NCBI GenBank assembly: GCA_963693365.1
Contig: CAVNZM010000001.1
Coordinates: 17,355,840-17,419,839, forward strand
Source: Amoebidium appalachense
Lineage: Eukaryota > Protista > Ichthyosporea
Length of the DNA: 64,000 nucleotides
Direction: 5' to 3'
The position numbers and the translations under genes were made by a program. Below the pieces are notes generated by a model. That model ran no database searches. It was not told the DNA's origin and saw nothing but the letters and a program-made list of their open reading frames with translations. Below are positions 1-53,912 of this stretch, in pieces (the first letter of the stretch is position 1; every line of letters begins with the position of its first letter).

Positions 1-196
1 GATGTGCATGTGGTGATCGAGTGTCAGCGTGTGTCTGTGTACACGGAACCAATTGTAAAGCTAACATACACATATTGTGGAGTGAGCGTAAGTCTGCACT
101 CCAACAGATTCCCCCTCACCCTTTGCGTATCTTGTCAGCAAATTATTTTTAGCCTTCTACGAAACCGGTGTTGTTCCGGCCGGATGGCTCAAAACG

Positions 197-1188
197 GTGG
201 TTAACCCAATCCGGAAGAAGACGTTGCACGGACCAATCGAAGATTTCCGCCCCGTTACTTTGACCAATGTCTTAGACCGATTTTTTCGTTCTCGTGCCTA
301 CAAGGGGGTTTTGTTAACGCATACTCCTGCTACGGGCACGCGCTACTTCTGCATGATTCAATGGTCTCGGGTGCGCGGCATGCGGTGTTCATCGACCTTA
401 AGAACGTGTACGACAGTGTTATTCCTCGCCTTCTGTGCGCGTGGCATAAGTAAGTTAGCCGCTCGAGGATTTCCATACGGGATAGGGCGCATCCGGATCC
501 TGCAGGCCCCCTTCGATACCACATTCGGCAAGCTATTTTTAACGGCGGACGCACTCCCGGATTCACGAGCACGCGTGGTCTTTTGCAAGCCTTCTCACTG
601 CTGATCATGAGCCCGGTTTTGTTTACGCATTTATTGACGATCTTGCTCTCGAACTTGAGCAATTTTACGACCCATCAACTTGCACCTAAGTCTTTGTCCG
701 ATTATTGTATCTCCTTCAAGTTGCCCAAGCTCAATGTCGCTTGGGCGGCCTTACACTGGCGCATTAATTATGTATTTCATAACCGTAGTTGTCATTTCTG
801 TGATAATAGGTTCGACAGGAAGCACTTAGACCGATGTAGCATGTTAATTCAGATTATCCCAGTTTCTGTTCGGTTGCAGGCATTTACCCGCCATCCCAAT
901 ATAACTACTTTAGACTATTTGTTGACTAGCAAACGGTATGAAATTTTCTATGCAATTTACCCTTGCATGGCTAATAAATTTGACAATTGTTGACCCCCGT
1001 AGCTGAGCTCACACGTGTAGCTTTAGTAGTCTTACGGTAGCCTTATTCTCGTTTTTGGTATATCTCGTTGGATATCCGGTGAAGCTATTTCAGCGACTAT
1101 CTCATCGTGTCTATGGCAACTGTACTATATATCCATTCTTAGCCCTGTCTGATGCCCCGATCGAAATAAAATCCATTATAATAAAAAA
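197..1188 (+). mobile_element. Degenerate non-LTR retrotransposon (LINE) fragment with RT motifs, C-terminal Cys/His region and A-rich 3' end
   Basis: Across frameshifts reads FRPVTLT, VFIDLKNVYDSV (~385-420), GFTSTRGLLQ..SPVLF. It then jumps (YADD region absent, internal deletion) to WRINYVFHNRSCHFCDNRFDRKHLDRC, homologous to the LINE C-terminus at 51.1-51.4 kb. Ends in ...GATCGAAATAAAATCCATTATAATAAAAAA. Confidence 0.85.
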
Positions 1189-1607
1189 GAGAAATTCTTT
1201 AGTATACGTATCGGCCTAACATCTTGATCAAGAATTTCGGCATTTCGAATTCTTCGCAACTGCAGTCTTACATAAAAACATTCGATCCTTCTATGTATAT
1301 GCACACCCGGTTTTCCCAAATAAAGACGGTGTAAACCAAACCTGTATACGGGCAAAAAAAATCATGTGTGCAGGGAAGTGTGGGGACAGTGAGTCAAGCA
1401 AGTCGGAACAGCGCGATCTAGTATTGGAGACAAATGTTTGGCTGAAAATGCATCGCCCAGCTCCGAACCAGACTAGGAGGCCTTGAGTCTGGTAGCTACT
1501 TCAGCTGTTTCGGAATTCGTTTTGTCAAGCAAAGTTTGCCAAACTGTTGCAAGCACAATACCTACATCCTTATCCATAGACCAAAAAGGGGTGGGTAGCG
1601 ACAGAAA

Positions 1608-10110
<8,503 letters not shown>

Positions 10111-10343
10111 GGGGTGCATACGACATATAATGTCCCTTCCCTTCTGCCATTGTGTTTTTACCCGGGTGAGCGGGTGGGCGGGTGAGCATTTGGCTGGGTG
10201 GGTGGGGGGAGGGGGGGGGGGGGGGGGGGGGGGGGAGGGGGGGGAGGGGGGAGAGCAGCTTGTACCGAGCTAGTGGAGGTAGGGAGGGCACCGTTTTTCT
10301 TTTTTCTTTTTTTTCGGGGAGGTTTTTTATTGGGAGGGGGGTA

Positions 10344-10381
<38 letters not shown>

Positions 10382-11501
10382 AGAGGTTTCTTTTGACGTA
10401 TAATATAGGAGATGGTCGAATGAGATTTTTTGCAAATCACGGTAAGCTTAGCAACTTTCCATGGCAACATTGACTCTGTCTTTAGTAAGTGGGTGAGGCT
10501 GTAGCGCTAGAGGTGTGGTTCGAGGGAGATGCATGTGGGGAGGTAGCATATATGGTTGGTACTGTGTGCATTGTGTGGTCTTACTTATCCTGATACAATC
10601 TATTTGGGATGTTATCGAATCTTGTGTGATCGATTCTCTTTTCTGTAATCTACTTATAGTCACCAATGAATGACTCTGACCCATCGTAGCCTTACCATGA
10701 TCAACGTGTGTGATTGGACAATGCTGTAAATGTGCAACCCAATTGCATATTATAGTGATTTAGTGGAAGTAAAATGCAACCCACAATGTATATGTATGTA
10801 TTGTGTGTGGTGATGCATGTCCGGGTATTTCACTTAGAGCTCCCAGTTCTCTGTTTTTCCAGTAGTGTTTAATAAACTGCAATGCCCACTGAAGGGACTC
10901 CCACAACGTTACCCACCTATGTACGTCACAGTCAGGGCATGCACTACCCTCTCCGCCACACAAAACACACACGGCCCAAAAAAAAACTAACCAATGTACA
11001 TGACCATTCGAGCGATTGACCACATTGTGCACAAAATACCATGTATGTACATATTTGGTTTTTCACCTCTACATGCTTACTGCAAAAGAGCACTAGCTAA
11101 ACAGACTACATACAGCCAAATGCATTTTCACTGCTAGCAACATAGCAATCCATTAAAGTTTACAACGCCTACATCTCCTCGCGACTTTAAAGTTGGCTTT
11201 AACATGTATTTCACGCGACATCATACGACCTACATTCTTTAGATTTGGCAACCCCACTTGGGAAACCGCAACCAGGCCTAAGCTTTCATTCGAGTCATTC
11301 ATTATAATAATATTTACACCTTTGCCTTCCAGAAGGCATCATATTTAAAAAACCCCACACACCCATAAACATAATTGACATTCTGACTAGAACACAAAGC
11401 CCAAGTCTTTCATGCCTGCCACAAAGAAACACGACACATCCAGGTGCACTAAGCCAAAAATAGCTGTTGCATTGGAGTATATATACACAACACGGTGTGC
11501 C

Positions 11502-34035
<22,534 letters not shown>

Positions 34036-37000
34036 TTTCGGGTCTTTTTTGTATTCCCAAGGATGACATGGGGCCTCACGTATGCTGTCGGTTGCCACTA
34101 CATGGAACCTCCAGGAGTTGAATTACGTTGCAGGGTCAGCGTGCCCCAAAAAAAGGATAACTACAAGGTTCTAGTTTCCGTCGTCTAAAGGGTTCATGGA
34201 GTATCCATGTACGCTTTGTCTCAATGCATGGCAGTGCTTGCAATTCTCGCGCGGTTTGCTATATGAACTGATATCTGTCATAACTTTGTTTTGACGCGTA
34301 GACAATTGAATAATTTTGTGAATCAAGTTGAGCATTGTACCAGTGCAAGACCGGTACCTGCTCTACCGTTGACTTTTCATTCATGGGTGTTGCATAATTT
34401 CGAATTCTGATCCAAAAAGTGACTATGCCATGGACTCTGAGAATTTGAAGTTCGTGGCAGGGTTAGTCCAGAATCTCCAGATTGTTCCAGTCTCTGTTCT
34501 CTTGCTGACATCTACACCCTTTCCCCTCTATTTGCTGAAAATCAGACGGTATAGTATTTCTATTTATAACTTTACATACTCCGAGTCAGGAGCTGAGAGC
34601 TCCCCGTCTTTACCAGAAAAGGAAAAACGAGTCACTGTCTTGATTGGCCCAAGGCGCACCCCTTGTGAGCCACATGTCGGCCAGATTTTGCGCAAAACGC
34701 CTCCCGGCCAGCCGGCCGCCGCGCGGCCTTTGTACGGTACGTACTCAGCCGTTTGCACACTTCAGCTGGTACAGTGGTGAGCTGCCTGCCGGTGGGTTCA
34801 ACAGACTGCTCCGAGCGCTCTGCAGATCTGCTCGAGTTCCAAACATGCATTGGGAGGGGACAAAAAAACTTGGCCTACTTGGAAAAAAGGAAAAAAGAGC
34901 GTGTAGGGGTTTATATAGTAGTGGATTTAGTATGATCCACTGACTGTTATTCTATCCCTTTCTACTTACCACCTGGCCCGTCTGGATATAGGCCGCGCTG
35001 CTGCGACTGCGGAGAGGAGCGAAAAGGTTATCAGGGGTTGATTTCGGAAGGGCAGTGTGTGTCAAAGTGTGTTTTTGGGTGTAAGAGTGTGGGTAAAAAG
35101 TCGCATTCAGTTAGTAGCAACAAGGGAAAATAATAAATAGATAAATGGAAGGACATCTACCCACAACAGCGATCACATGCAACTGCCGTATGGGACAGTA
35201 AGAGAACGTTTGAATTAGCGCTGCAACGGGCAGATGACTGTGAATTACGCGGTGTGAGCTTACGAGGATGTAAAGGAACATTGCGAATATCCGCAGGCTT
35301 TAGAAGAAAGCTTGCACGGTTTCGGAGTGAAAGTACCGGGCTGCAGGACACAATTTGTGTGGAGACAGCGAAAGGGAGATTTCGGAAGAGCCTCTCACTG
35401 AGAGTTAGAGAAGAGTTGAACTACGGGTAGATGGCTGCTAGTTGCCGTGAAAAAACAGCTCTCAATTTGCGCCTACACCGTCGTGCAGGCCGGTGAGCGC
35501 ATAGCTGACTTCGTTGTTGCACCCCCTTCACCTGTTTATCTTCACTAATCTTCACCGTCAACACAGACATAGATAAGAAATCCCAATACAGCAATCCAAG
35601 TACTTCGGGCTAGCCGGCGCCGAACGTTACTCAAAAGCATAGCGCATTTTTTTTTTCCTGAAGCTGAGGGGCAGTCCTTGACTTTCTGAGGCTCACTTTC
35701 TGTGGGGCTTGGGTTGAGATCATCGAGCCTGGAAACTGTGCTTAAAAAGCTGGTGTTAGGGCTGGCGTAGGTGGTTGTGCTTGTGCACCATGCAATGTGA
35801 GCGAAGCCGAACAAGTTTAAGCACAGCTGTGCTGCTTTATGGGCTCGCAACGGTCGGAGTGGTCGAATGGGGGAGAACATGATTCCATCCAGAAGGTCTT
35901 TAACGCAAGCCTTACGGTACAGCCCATGATGCTTTCTCAAACCTTTTTGACTATGTGTTGTCTTACACTGTCCCTCTTTAAGACTGGTTACAGCTTTTGC
36001 CTTATCCCTCTTACCAAAACCGTCCAAATACGTCTTCTTTTTCTCTGGATCTTGTACTTCTTGTTATTTGCATGGGCGCCTCTTTGTTTCACACACGACC
36101 ACAGCCCCTCGGGAGTCGGTGCCCAGGAGTGAGCACTGGCCCGGCAACTCTACTCTTGTTTAGGAGGTGCTATTTATATATCGGCCCCAGTGGGCCAGTG
36201 AAACTATGTATACCCCCTTTTTTCGTGCATATTTTCAGTTTTTTGCCAACAGCCCAACCAAGCAGTATACATTTTTTTTGGGAAACAAAGTACTAATAGG
36301 CGCGAGGGTAGCGGTTGTGGCCGCAGGAAGGCTTACCTATGATTGTTGCAAAGATCTAGGGATCTGGCGATTATTGATTGAAGAAGGTATGTACACCGTT
36401 TTCATATATGCATAACACAACGACAAACCACAAATGAAGCAGCTCAAAACGTAAGCTTTCCACACTTCATGGCAATTTTTGCTTTCTTGTCCTGCACACT
36501 TCCACAGGCGTTTTCTGAATGTTTTTTTGTCGTCTGAATGGCATGAGACCCCCCTTTTGGATCCCCCTTAACTCTTTGCGTCATCTCTTTTAGTGCCTCT
36601 TTCCGCCATCACCGGCCGCATCTCCACCGCCGATTTTAAATTCCTAACATCGGGTTCGACCACACACTTCGCCTTTCCGTATTTGCTCACAACCTGGGAT
36701 CGGTTAAAAATTCGGTTGGTCAACGCCTTTTGAGCCCCCCCTGTCATTTACTCCCTTTCCACTTCTCCCCTTCTCTCTGGCCAAAGAACTCACCCTCCAA
36801 GTCCCTGCTCACTTCTGCCCTTCCACTCCTCCTTTAACCCCTCCCTAACACGTGCGCACACTCGCACACGCACCCATGTACACAACTCTCTTTCAGGCGT
36901 TTGTGGCTGATCTTGCCACCCTTCTTCCCGCGTTTTTCTGCAGACCGCTGACTCGGCGCCACCTCTTTCATCTTCTGCAGCCACTGAGAGCCGCCGCAGC

Positions 37001-37181
37001 ACCACGAACGCCGGAAGCAAAGAATACTCAAACAGCTCAGCGAGAAGGGTGATTGATGCTCTGCTGTGTGTCTCCACGTTTTGCATTTGTCTCCGTTGTC
37101 CTGCCAACAGAAGCAGGTGCTCTTCGGCCACCACTTTTCGGCAATTGCTCTAAGTACAGCAAGAAACGTTGAAACTGTAAA

Positions 37182-47105
<9,924 letters not shown>

Positions 47106-47201
47106 TAGGATGCCTGCATGCAGGCAGGCACACGCACGCGCGCGCACACACACAAGCACACAAACACACACACAGGTGCATGCACGCACACATGCATGAA
47201 C

Positions 47202-47274
<73 letters not shown>

Positions 47275-47434
47275 GTCTGGGATTCACACACACATGGGCG
47301 CACACATGTACCCAAGCACCAATTTTTCTCTTCCTCCTCCACCTGTGCCCATCATTTGTGGTTCGTCCATGTCCCCACCCTTGTGCACACGGTTGGGAAA
47401 GAGAGAGGGGTATATGTCTTATCCATATTCTTTA

Positions 47435-47472
<38 letters not shown>

Positions 47473-47490
47473 AAGGGAGGGAGTGTGGGG

Positions 47491-47546
<56 letters not shown>

Positions 47547-48062
47547 GGGAGGTGTTGGTTGTTTTCAAATACTGCCGTATAATAGTCCTCTATCTCTTAA
47601 CCCCTTTCTATTCTCTGTCCGATCGTTCCTTTCTTAATTACAAGTCCGTCATTGGGTTGCATTGAAATCCTAATGCGCACATCACTAGGTCCATATAGTG
47701 CATAAAGACGGTGTTTTTGCTAATGCAATTCGGATCTAGCACCTTGAAAATGGAGAAATCTTAGTAATAGGGTCCAGGAAACTCTACCTTAGCGGAATAC
47801 CGCAATACATAAAACACTAATACATCATAAAAAATAAACCCTCGGGGTCATGGGCTCTGTTTATCACTCTGTGGGCAGCGCCCCTGTAAGCTTCATCTAA
47901 CGAGTAGGTGAGATGTCTAAATTCCAATAAAACAGAGAAATAACACTCTCTCTCGCGTATTGATGAAACATGGGCTCCTTGTTCAACCCCCCCTCCCCCT
48001 ACCCCCCCCTACCACCCCACCCGCCCGTCCATCCACTACTTCCACCCCCGCACCAACACCAC

Positions 48063-48102
<40 letters not shown>

Positions 48103-48498
48103 CACACACACACACACACACACACAAACATACACGCACACACTTGCCGTTTCGGTTGTGCAATACACTTATTGTTTATTTGGATTTGAAATTTCTTTTC
48201 ATGGCATCTTTCTGTTTTATCATACGGCACGTGCCTTTATAATATGTGACGTGTTGAAGTGAACAATTGAGTTTGTACAGCTATGTGGTTTCTTACAGTT
48301 CTTTTTACTTTAGAGGTTCTAGTGCACTTCAATCCCCTCACCGCCCATTTCTTAACCATCCTCTCGTGCCTAGTAATTTTCCTACACATGCAGCCGGACT
48401 CATCAGCGCAGCTGCTGCACATGCACACTGCCTATTACAATGCCATTATGTCATGGCACGAACAAGAAGAGGGGGGGGGGGGGGGGGGGTCTCTCCGG

Positions 48499-48605
48499 TA
48501 GAATGTGTTAGTGAGCACTGAATACACATTCATGACAGCCAACACCATGCCATGCGGCAGAGTGCAATAATTGCAAAGCACACATAAAGGACATGCATAA
48601 TAAGA
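48499..48605 (-). repeat. Dispersed ~80-bp element, copy E
   Basis: Minus strand TTATGCATGTCCTTTATGTGTGCTTTGCA..GCACTCTGC..CATGGTGTTGGCTGTCATGAATGTGTATTCAGTGCTCACTAACACATTCTAC, followed shortly by a C-run. Confidence 0.65.
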
Positions 48606-48794
48606 AGAGCCCATCCCTGAGGGGGGCCAAGTCATACATCCACAGCACCCGCGAGTTTCACGAAACCCAACTGGGGGACCTAACGTGTGTGCGTGTGTGC
48701 GTGTGCACGCGCGCACACCTGCGTGCGTATGCATGTGTGTTTAACAGTCTGTGTTTTTTTTTTAATTTTTTAAATTAAGTATATTATACATATT

Positions 48795-48827
<33 letters not shown>

Positions 48828-50045
48828 GGAGGAGGGGAGAGGGGGAGGGGGCGAGAGGGGAGTTGTGGGGGGGTGGGGGGTGCGAATTATACATGAAGGC
48901 AGAAGTGTTTTGCTGATACTATGGTGTGTTTGTCAACGAACACGGGTAACTATTACTATGCCTTGTAGGACACAGGCACACACTTGTTTTGTATGAGCTC
49001 AGCATCTTTCGAAATCGCATTAGGAATGTGGGAGGTTGCAGAAAATGCCACCCGATATGAAAATTTCAAACGGTTGCCGGTCCGGGTGTGGACGAATGTG
49101 TATCATCAGCCCGGATGATGTGTGGATGATGTGTGTGATTAATTCAGGTGATCCTGTTACAACACGTCCATGCTACATGGACACACGCACGCACACACGC
49201 ACACACGCACACACGCACACGCACGTATGCACGAACACACGCACGTGCGAGACACACATACGCAAACAGCTAACGTTGAAGCCTTAGAGGCTCTCACACG
49301 GGGGGCCCCTGGAGGAGGAGGAGGAGGGGGGGGGGGGGGGGGGGGGTGAGGGGGGTGAGGGGGGGATTCATGCAAACTTACCTTGGGCTATTGAGGGCGG
49401 AGAAGCTGAGGACAATTGCACGAATCAATGGTGTCGTGTCACACATGACCAAAGCTTATGCAATAACGGAAGTTGTAAGTTGATGATCGCGGAATGGCAA
49501 AGCCCTCAGGATTCCCGTCAAGTTTTGCTGAATTGTGCTCCTGCAATGTTGCTGAAACTGGGAGAACGTGTTATATAGGAATTCGGTTTATTCGCATAGG
49601 AAGCTATTTGCAAGAATGTGATCCTCACAGAGGCACATGGTTAATTATAGGGTTATTAAAATAAGTGGTGGTGTCTTTAAACACCGAAAAAATTACTTGG
49701 AATTATACATAACGCAACCGTTTTTCATGTACAGTAATTACTCTTTGGAATCATGATCATAATGTAATAGCTAATAGTATTATCCGGACACATGTATGTA
49801 AGTGGCAACTGTAGACTAGGTAAATAAATTCATGAAATACTCGGATTCTACAAATTAACTGGCAGCATATGTCTTGGATGGTATGATCCCACAACAACCA
49901 CTGGCCGTCGTTCGAAGTGGCTTTGATCGACTCACTTGGGTCTTTCATCTACATTCGCAACATATTGATCGGTATCTGGTGGCGCAAAAACGAAATTGGC
50001 GAGGAAAAGGCAGTTTCCACGGCATTGCAATAACAAAGGCTCAGT

Positions 50046-50411
50046 CTATGCCTGCAGGGCAACTTCAGACCGCTCTGCCCTTGCTGCGGCCATGCTAGAG
50101 TATGCGTAGTAGCCGACAGCACCAACCATGGCCACGCCGGCAGTGGCACCGACCGCCACACCAGCAATGGCCCCTGCACCCATGTTCCCGCTGCTCGTTG
50201 ATGCGGCAGCAGAGGCGCCTGCATTCATTGCCTTTTCGGCCTCAGAGCCATTTGAAGAGGAATCCCCTGCAGGGGCGGCAGCGGCAGTGGGTGCTGGTTC
50301 ATACTGCGCACTTGCCTGGGGGGCAACCGCATTCTCAACGTCACGAACGGAGGTGGCGGACACACCAACGATGGCAAAGACAGCAACTGTGGAGATAGCC
50401 TGGGTAATCAT
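50046..50411 (-). CDS. Small single-pass (type I) membrane protein, 121 aa, Ala/Ser-rich ectodomain
   Basis: MITQAISTVAVFAIVGVSA signal-peptide-like start; low-complexity stalk; TM GAIAGVAVGATAGVAMVGAVGYYAY with GxxxG motifs; short tail. Repeat-free, intronless CDS; probable 5'UTR acceptor (CTTTCAG) near 50432. Confidence 0.75.
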   Translation of the reverse strand: MITQAISTVAVFAIVGVSATSVRDVENAVAPQASAQYEPAPTAAAAPAGDSSSNGSEAEKAMNAGASAAASTSSGNMGAGAIAGVAVGATAGVAMVGAVGYYAYSSMAAARAERSEVALQA

Positions 50412-51004
50412 TTTCTGGGATGGACTGGAACCTGAAAGGTTGAGGTGTGTGCAAGGAATAGCTTGTGCAGAGATATATGCTGTGTTTATATGTGCACTGA
50501 TTGCCGCAAGACGAGGCCCATGCGGTCCGAGCTCAAGATGTAAGATTATGGCGTGTACACATGTACACAACATGATGATGGCTTCAATTATTGTCAGCTC
50601 AATGGATCCCACACAGGACCTAGTGAGTGCACCAGAGCCCCTCAAAATAAAACTATTTCGCATTTTTGGTGTGTTTTTAGCGGGAGAATAACCAAGCAAA
50701 ACACATCCTGTACACTAACTCCTCCACATTTGGTCCCGCATACAGTACATCAGTTCCCGGGTGATCTTAGTCGTGGGCAAAACGAGGACAAATAGATCTT
50801 CTTCAACCTATTTGCCAATCAAATCCTTGAAGAGCGGTGATTCGTTAGTTACGCACCCAATTCCAGGGTCTGAAAATGTGCCTGCGCACTTGCATTATGC
50901 AGCAGCAGAATACTGCTTCCTCCAATAGGGAAATCGGTGGTGGTGATATATAGCCAATCATAAAATCGAGATAGGCTTTTCGAAATCGAGGATTGTGGTC
51001 ACAC

Positions 51005-52553
51005 TTTTTTTTTTCTTTTTTTTTTTTTCTTTTGACTGGATTTATTCGACGGAAAGATATGCAAGTATGCACGGCATACTGAGAAGACAATAAAAACTTC
51101 ACGAGTTATCCAGTAACAAGTGCATACTGAGATACCTGAACACTGTGTGAAAATCATATAAATACTCAATGTGACGACCAACAGAATTCAACAAAAAGTC
51201 TACAGTGTTCACATTGCCAGCTAGTGTAGCAGACACCCGTAGGGAAAGAGGTAAAACGCGACATAAAAACTCACACCTATCAACATGCTTGCGATCAAAA
51301 AGTTCAGCACAAAAGTGGCACCAGCGGCGATGAAAACAAGAATTACAGCGCCACTGCACAACTTCCCAGGCAATATCAATCAACATCAGAGCACCATACA
51401 GACTTATCTACTAGGGTGGTATCCATACGTACAGCAGGAGAAATGTATCCTGCCAAAGCTCCCAAAAAGCGATAATGATCAGTACGGTGTTGCCTAAGGA
51501 ACATAACACATGCCGACTGAGTTTTACCTTTGATTTCTCTATCAGAACGAGAAAGAAACTTATACTGCGTATGGTAATAAAGCGAAAAGGCAGAAAAAAC
51601 AGGAAGAGAAAAGAAAGTGGGAGTGAGATAGCGAGAGGAAGAATCAGGTTGAAAGAGGGTAGGCTGAGGACATTCAGAAGTAGCGTTGGTGAATCGGGGG
51701 GGAAGAGGGATGGAGGGAGGGGGGGGAAAGAAAGCATAAAGAGGGTGACCAACAGGTATCCTAACTAAATGAAAACAAAAACGAAGAGACAATTCCTCCA
51801 TACGACAAACAGCAGATGACAATCCAAACATACTGATGAAGGGAGGCACAAACCGAGTACGAAACAAAGTGCGCAGCGCAGTACCCTGAAAATCGTCGAA
51901 CTCTGTCAGCGCCATGGCCGCCTCGCCAGGTGGGGCGCAGGCCAATAGCGGAAGTCCATATTCGAAAGTCGGCCGTAAAAAAGTTTTATAGTAGAGAAGA
52001 AGGTTCTCAGGATGGATCACAGACTCCCGTTGAAACATATTTGACACGATGTGAAGCTTACCCTTCGCACGAGCGATCCGTGCCGTGAGGAGCTTGTGGA
52101 AATCAATACCCCGTGCAGTAAAAGGAATACCCAAATAGTCATAGGTGCTCTGAACAGGAATAGGAAGACCGGCCAATCGAAAGGAAGCGTTTTTCGAAAA
52201 AGTAGCACACTTTGCAATTCCGACTGTCATGAGATTCTCGGTGCACCATTGATCCACCTGACAAAGCATCTGGTGCATGACATCTTCGGTTAAGGAACAA
52301 AGAACAATATCGTCCGCAAAAAGGAGACCCGGTACGGCGGGTATGCAGTTGGCCAAAGGGTTCGAGGGCGCAGGCTAAATCGCCAATGAAAACGTCAAAC
52401 AACAACAGACTCAGGAGGGACCCCTGCAGAAGACCCCGAGAACGAGAAAAACCGGGCGTTAATGTTCCATTGACCGCCGCTCGTCCGCGAGTGGTATCGA
52501 ACAGCGCTTGCAGAAGACGGCCAAAGGGGGCCCCGGCATAGCCAGCTTATGCC
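51005..52553 (-). mobile_element. 5'-truncated LINE copy 1 with RT domain and poly-A tail (frameshifted)
   Basis: RGLLQGSLLSLLLFDVFIGDL, GLLFADDIVL, GIAKC, YDYLGIPF, YYKTFLRPTFEYG, C-terminal CHFCAELFDRKHVDRC; AATAAA then an A-rich tail at 51033-51005. Confidence 0.92.
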
Positions 52554-53591
52554 ATAAAAACTTCACGAGTTATCCAGTAACAAGTGCATACTGAGATACC
52601 TGAACACTGTGTGAAAATCATATAAATACTCAATGTGACGACCAACAGAATTCAACAAAAAGTCTAAAGTGTTCACATTGCCAGCCAGTGTAGCAGACAT
52701 CTGCAGGGAAAGAGGTAAAACGCGACATAAAATCACACCTATCAACATGCTTTCGTTCAGCACAAAGGTGGCACCAGCGGCGATGGAAACAAGAATTACG
52801 ACGCCACTGCACAACTTCCCAAGCAATATCAACATCAGAGCACCATACAGACTTATCTACTAGGGCCGTGGTATCCATACGTACAGCAGGAGAAATGTAT
52901 CCTGCCAAAGCTCCCAAAAAGCGATAATGATCAGTACGGTGTTGCCTAAAGAACATAACACATGCCGACTGAGTTTTACCTTTGATTTCTCTATCAGAAC
53001 GAGAAAGAAACTTATACTGCGTATGGGAATAACTTGAAAAGGCAGAAAAAACAGGAAGAGAAAAGAAAGAGGGAGTGAGATAGCGAGAGGAAGGATCAGG
53101 TTGAAAGACGGTAGGCTGAGGACATTCAGAAGTGGCGTTGGTGAATCGGGGGGGAAGAGGGATGGAGGGAGGGGGGGGAAAGAGAGCATAAAGATGGTGA
53201 CCATCAGGTATCCTAACTAAATGGAAACAAAAACGAGGCCTTCAATTCCTCCATACGACAAACAGCAGACGCCAATCCAAACATACTAATTAAGGAAGGA
53301 ACAAACCGAGTACGAAACAAAGTGCGCAGCGCAGTACACTGAAAATCATCGAACTCTTTCAGCGCCACGGCCGCCTCGCGAGGTGGGGCGCAGGCAAATA
53401 GCGGAAGTCCATATTCAAAAGTCGGCCGTAGAGAAGAAGGTTCGCAGGATGGATCACAGACTCCCGTTGAAACATATTTGACACGATGTGAAGCTTACTA
53501 CCCTTCGCACGAGCGATCCGTGCCGTGAGGAGCTTGCGGAAATCAAAACCCTCGTGCAGTAAAAGGAATACCCAAATAGTCATAGGTGCTC
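52554..53591 (-). mobile_element. LINE copy 2, a head-to-tail paralogue of 51090-52150, more degenerate
   Basis: Near-identical to 51090-52150 with substitutions and small indels; starts at the YDYLG region and lacks the final 3'UTR and poly-A. Confidence 0.92.
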
Positions 53592-53912
53592 AGGAAATGT
53601 CGCGCGCGACATTCCAAGCCGCTACGATCGCTGTTACACGACGCTGTACCCCTGAAAGAGGCCGTGGCCAGGGGTGGCTCCCAGGTTGTCGCAGTTTAGT
53701 GTCCAAACTAAAGCTTACCATTATTCCTGAACTGCATGTATGGCTTATTTCATGCGATGCATTTTTGACTATTTTCAATCAATATATACTTATTCTTTGA
53801 TTCATATGTATACCACATGTACAATTGAAACACCGTCATGAGTATATGTCGACATCGGCATTTTCCCATTTTAAAAGTGTGTAAACCCCTTCCCATGGCC
53901 GCGGCGGTGCGT

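Noticed and set aside
50128-50691. 187-aa + strand ORF
   Set aside because: Antisense shadow of the minus-strand membrane-protein gene.
53590-53615. Hairpin plus CTGA as a Helitron 3' end
   Set aside because: Spacing is too short, with no A/T insertion context and no 5' TC end identified.
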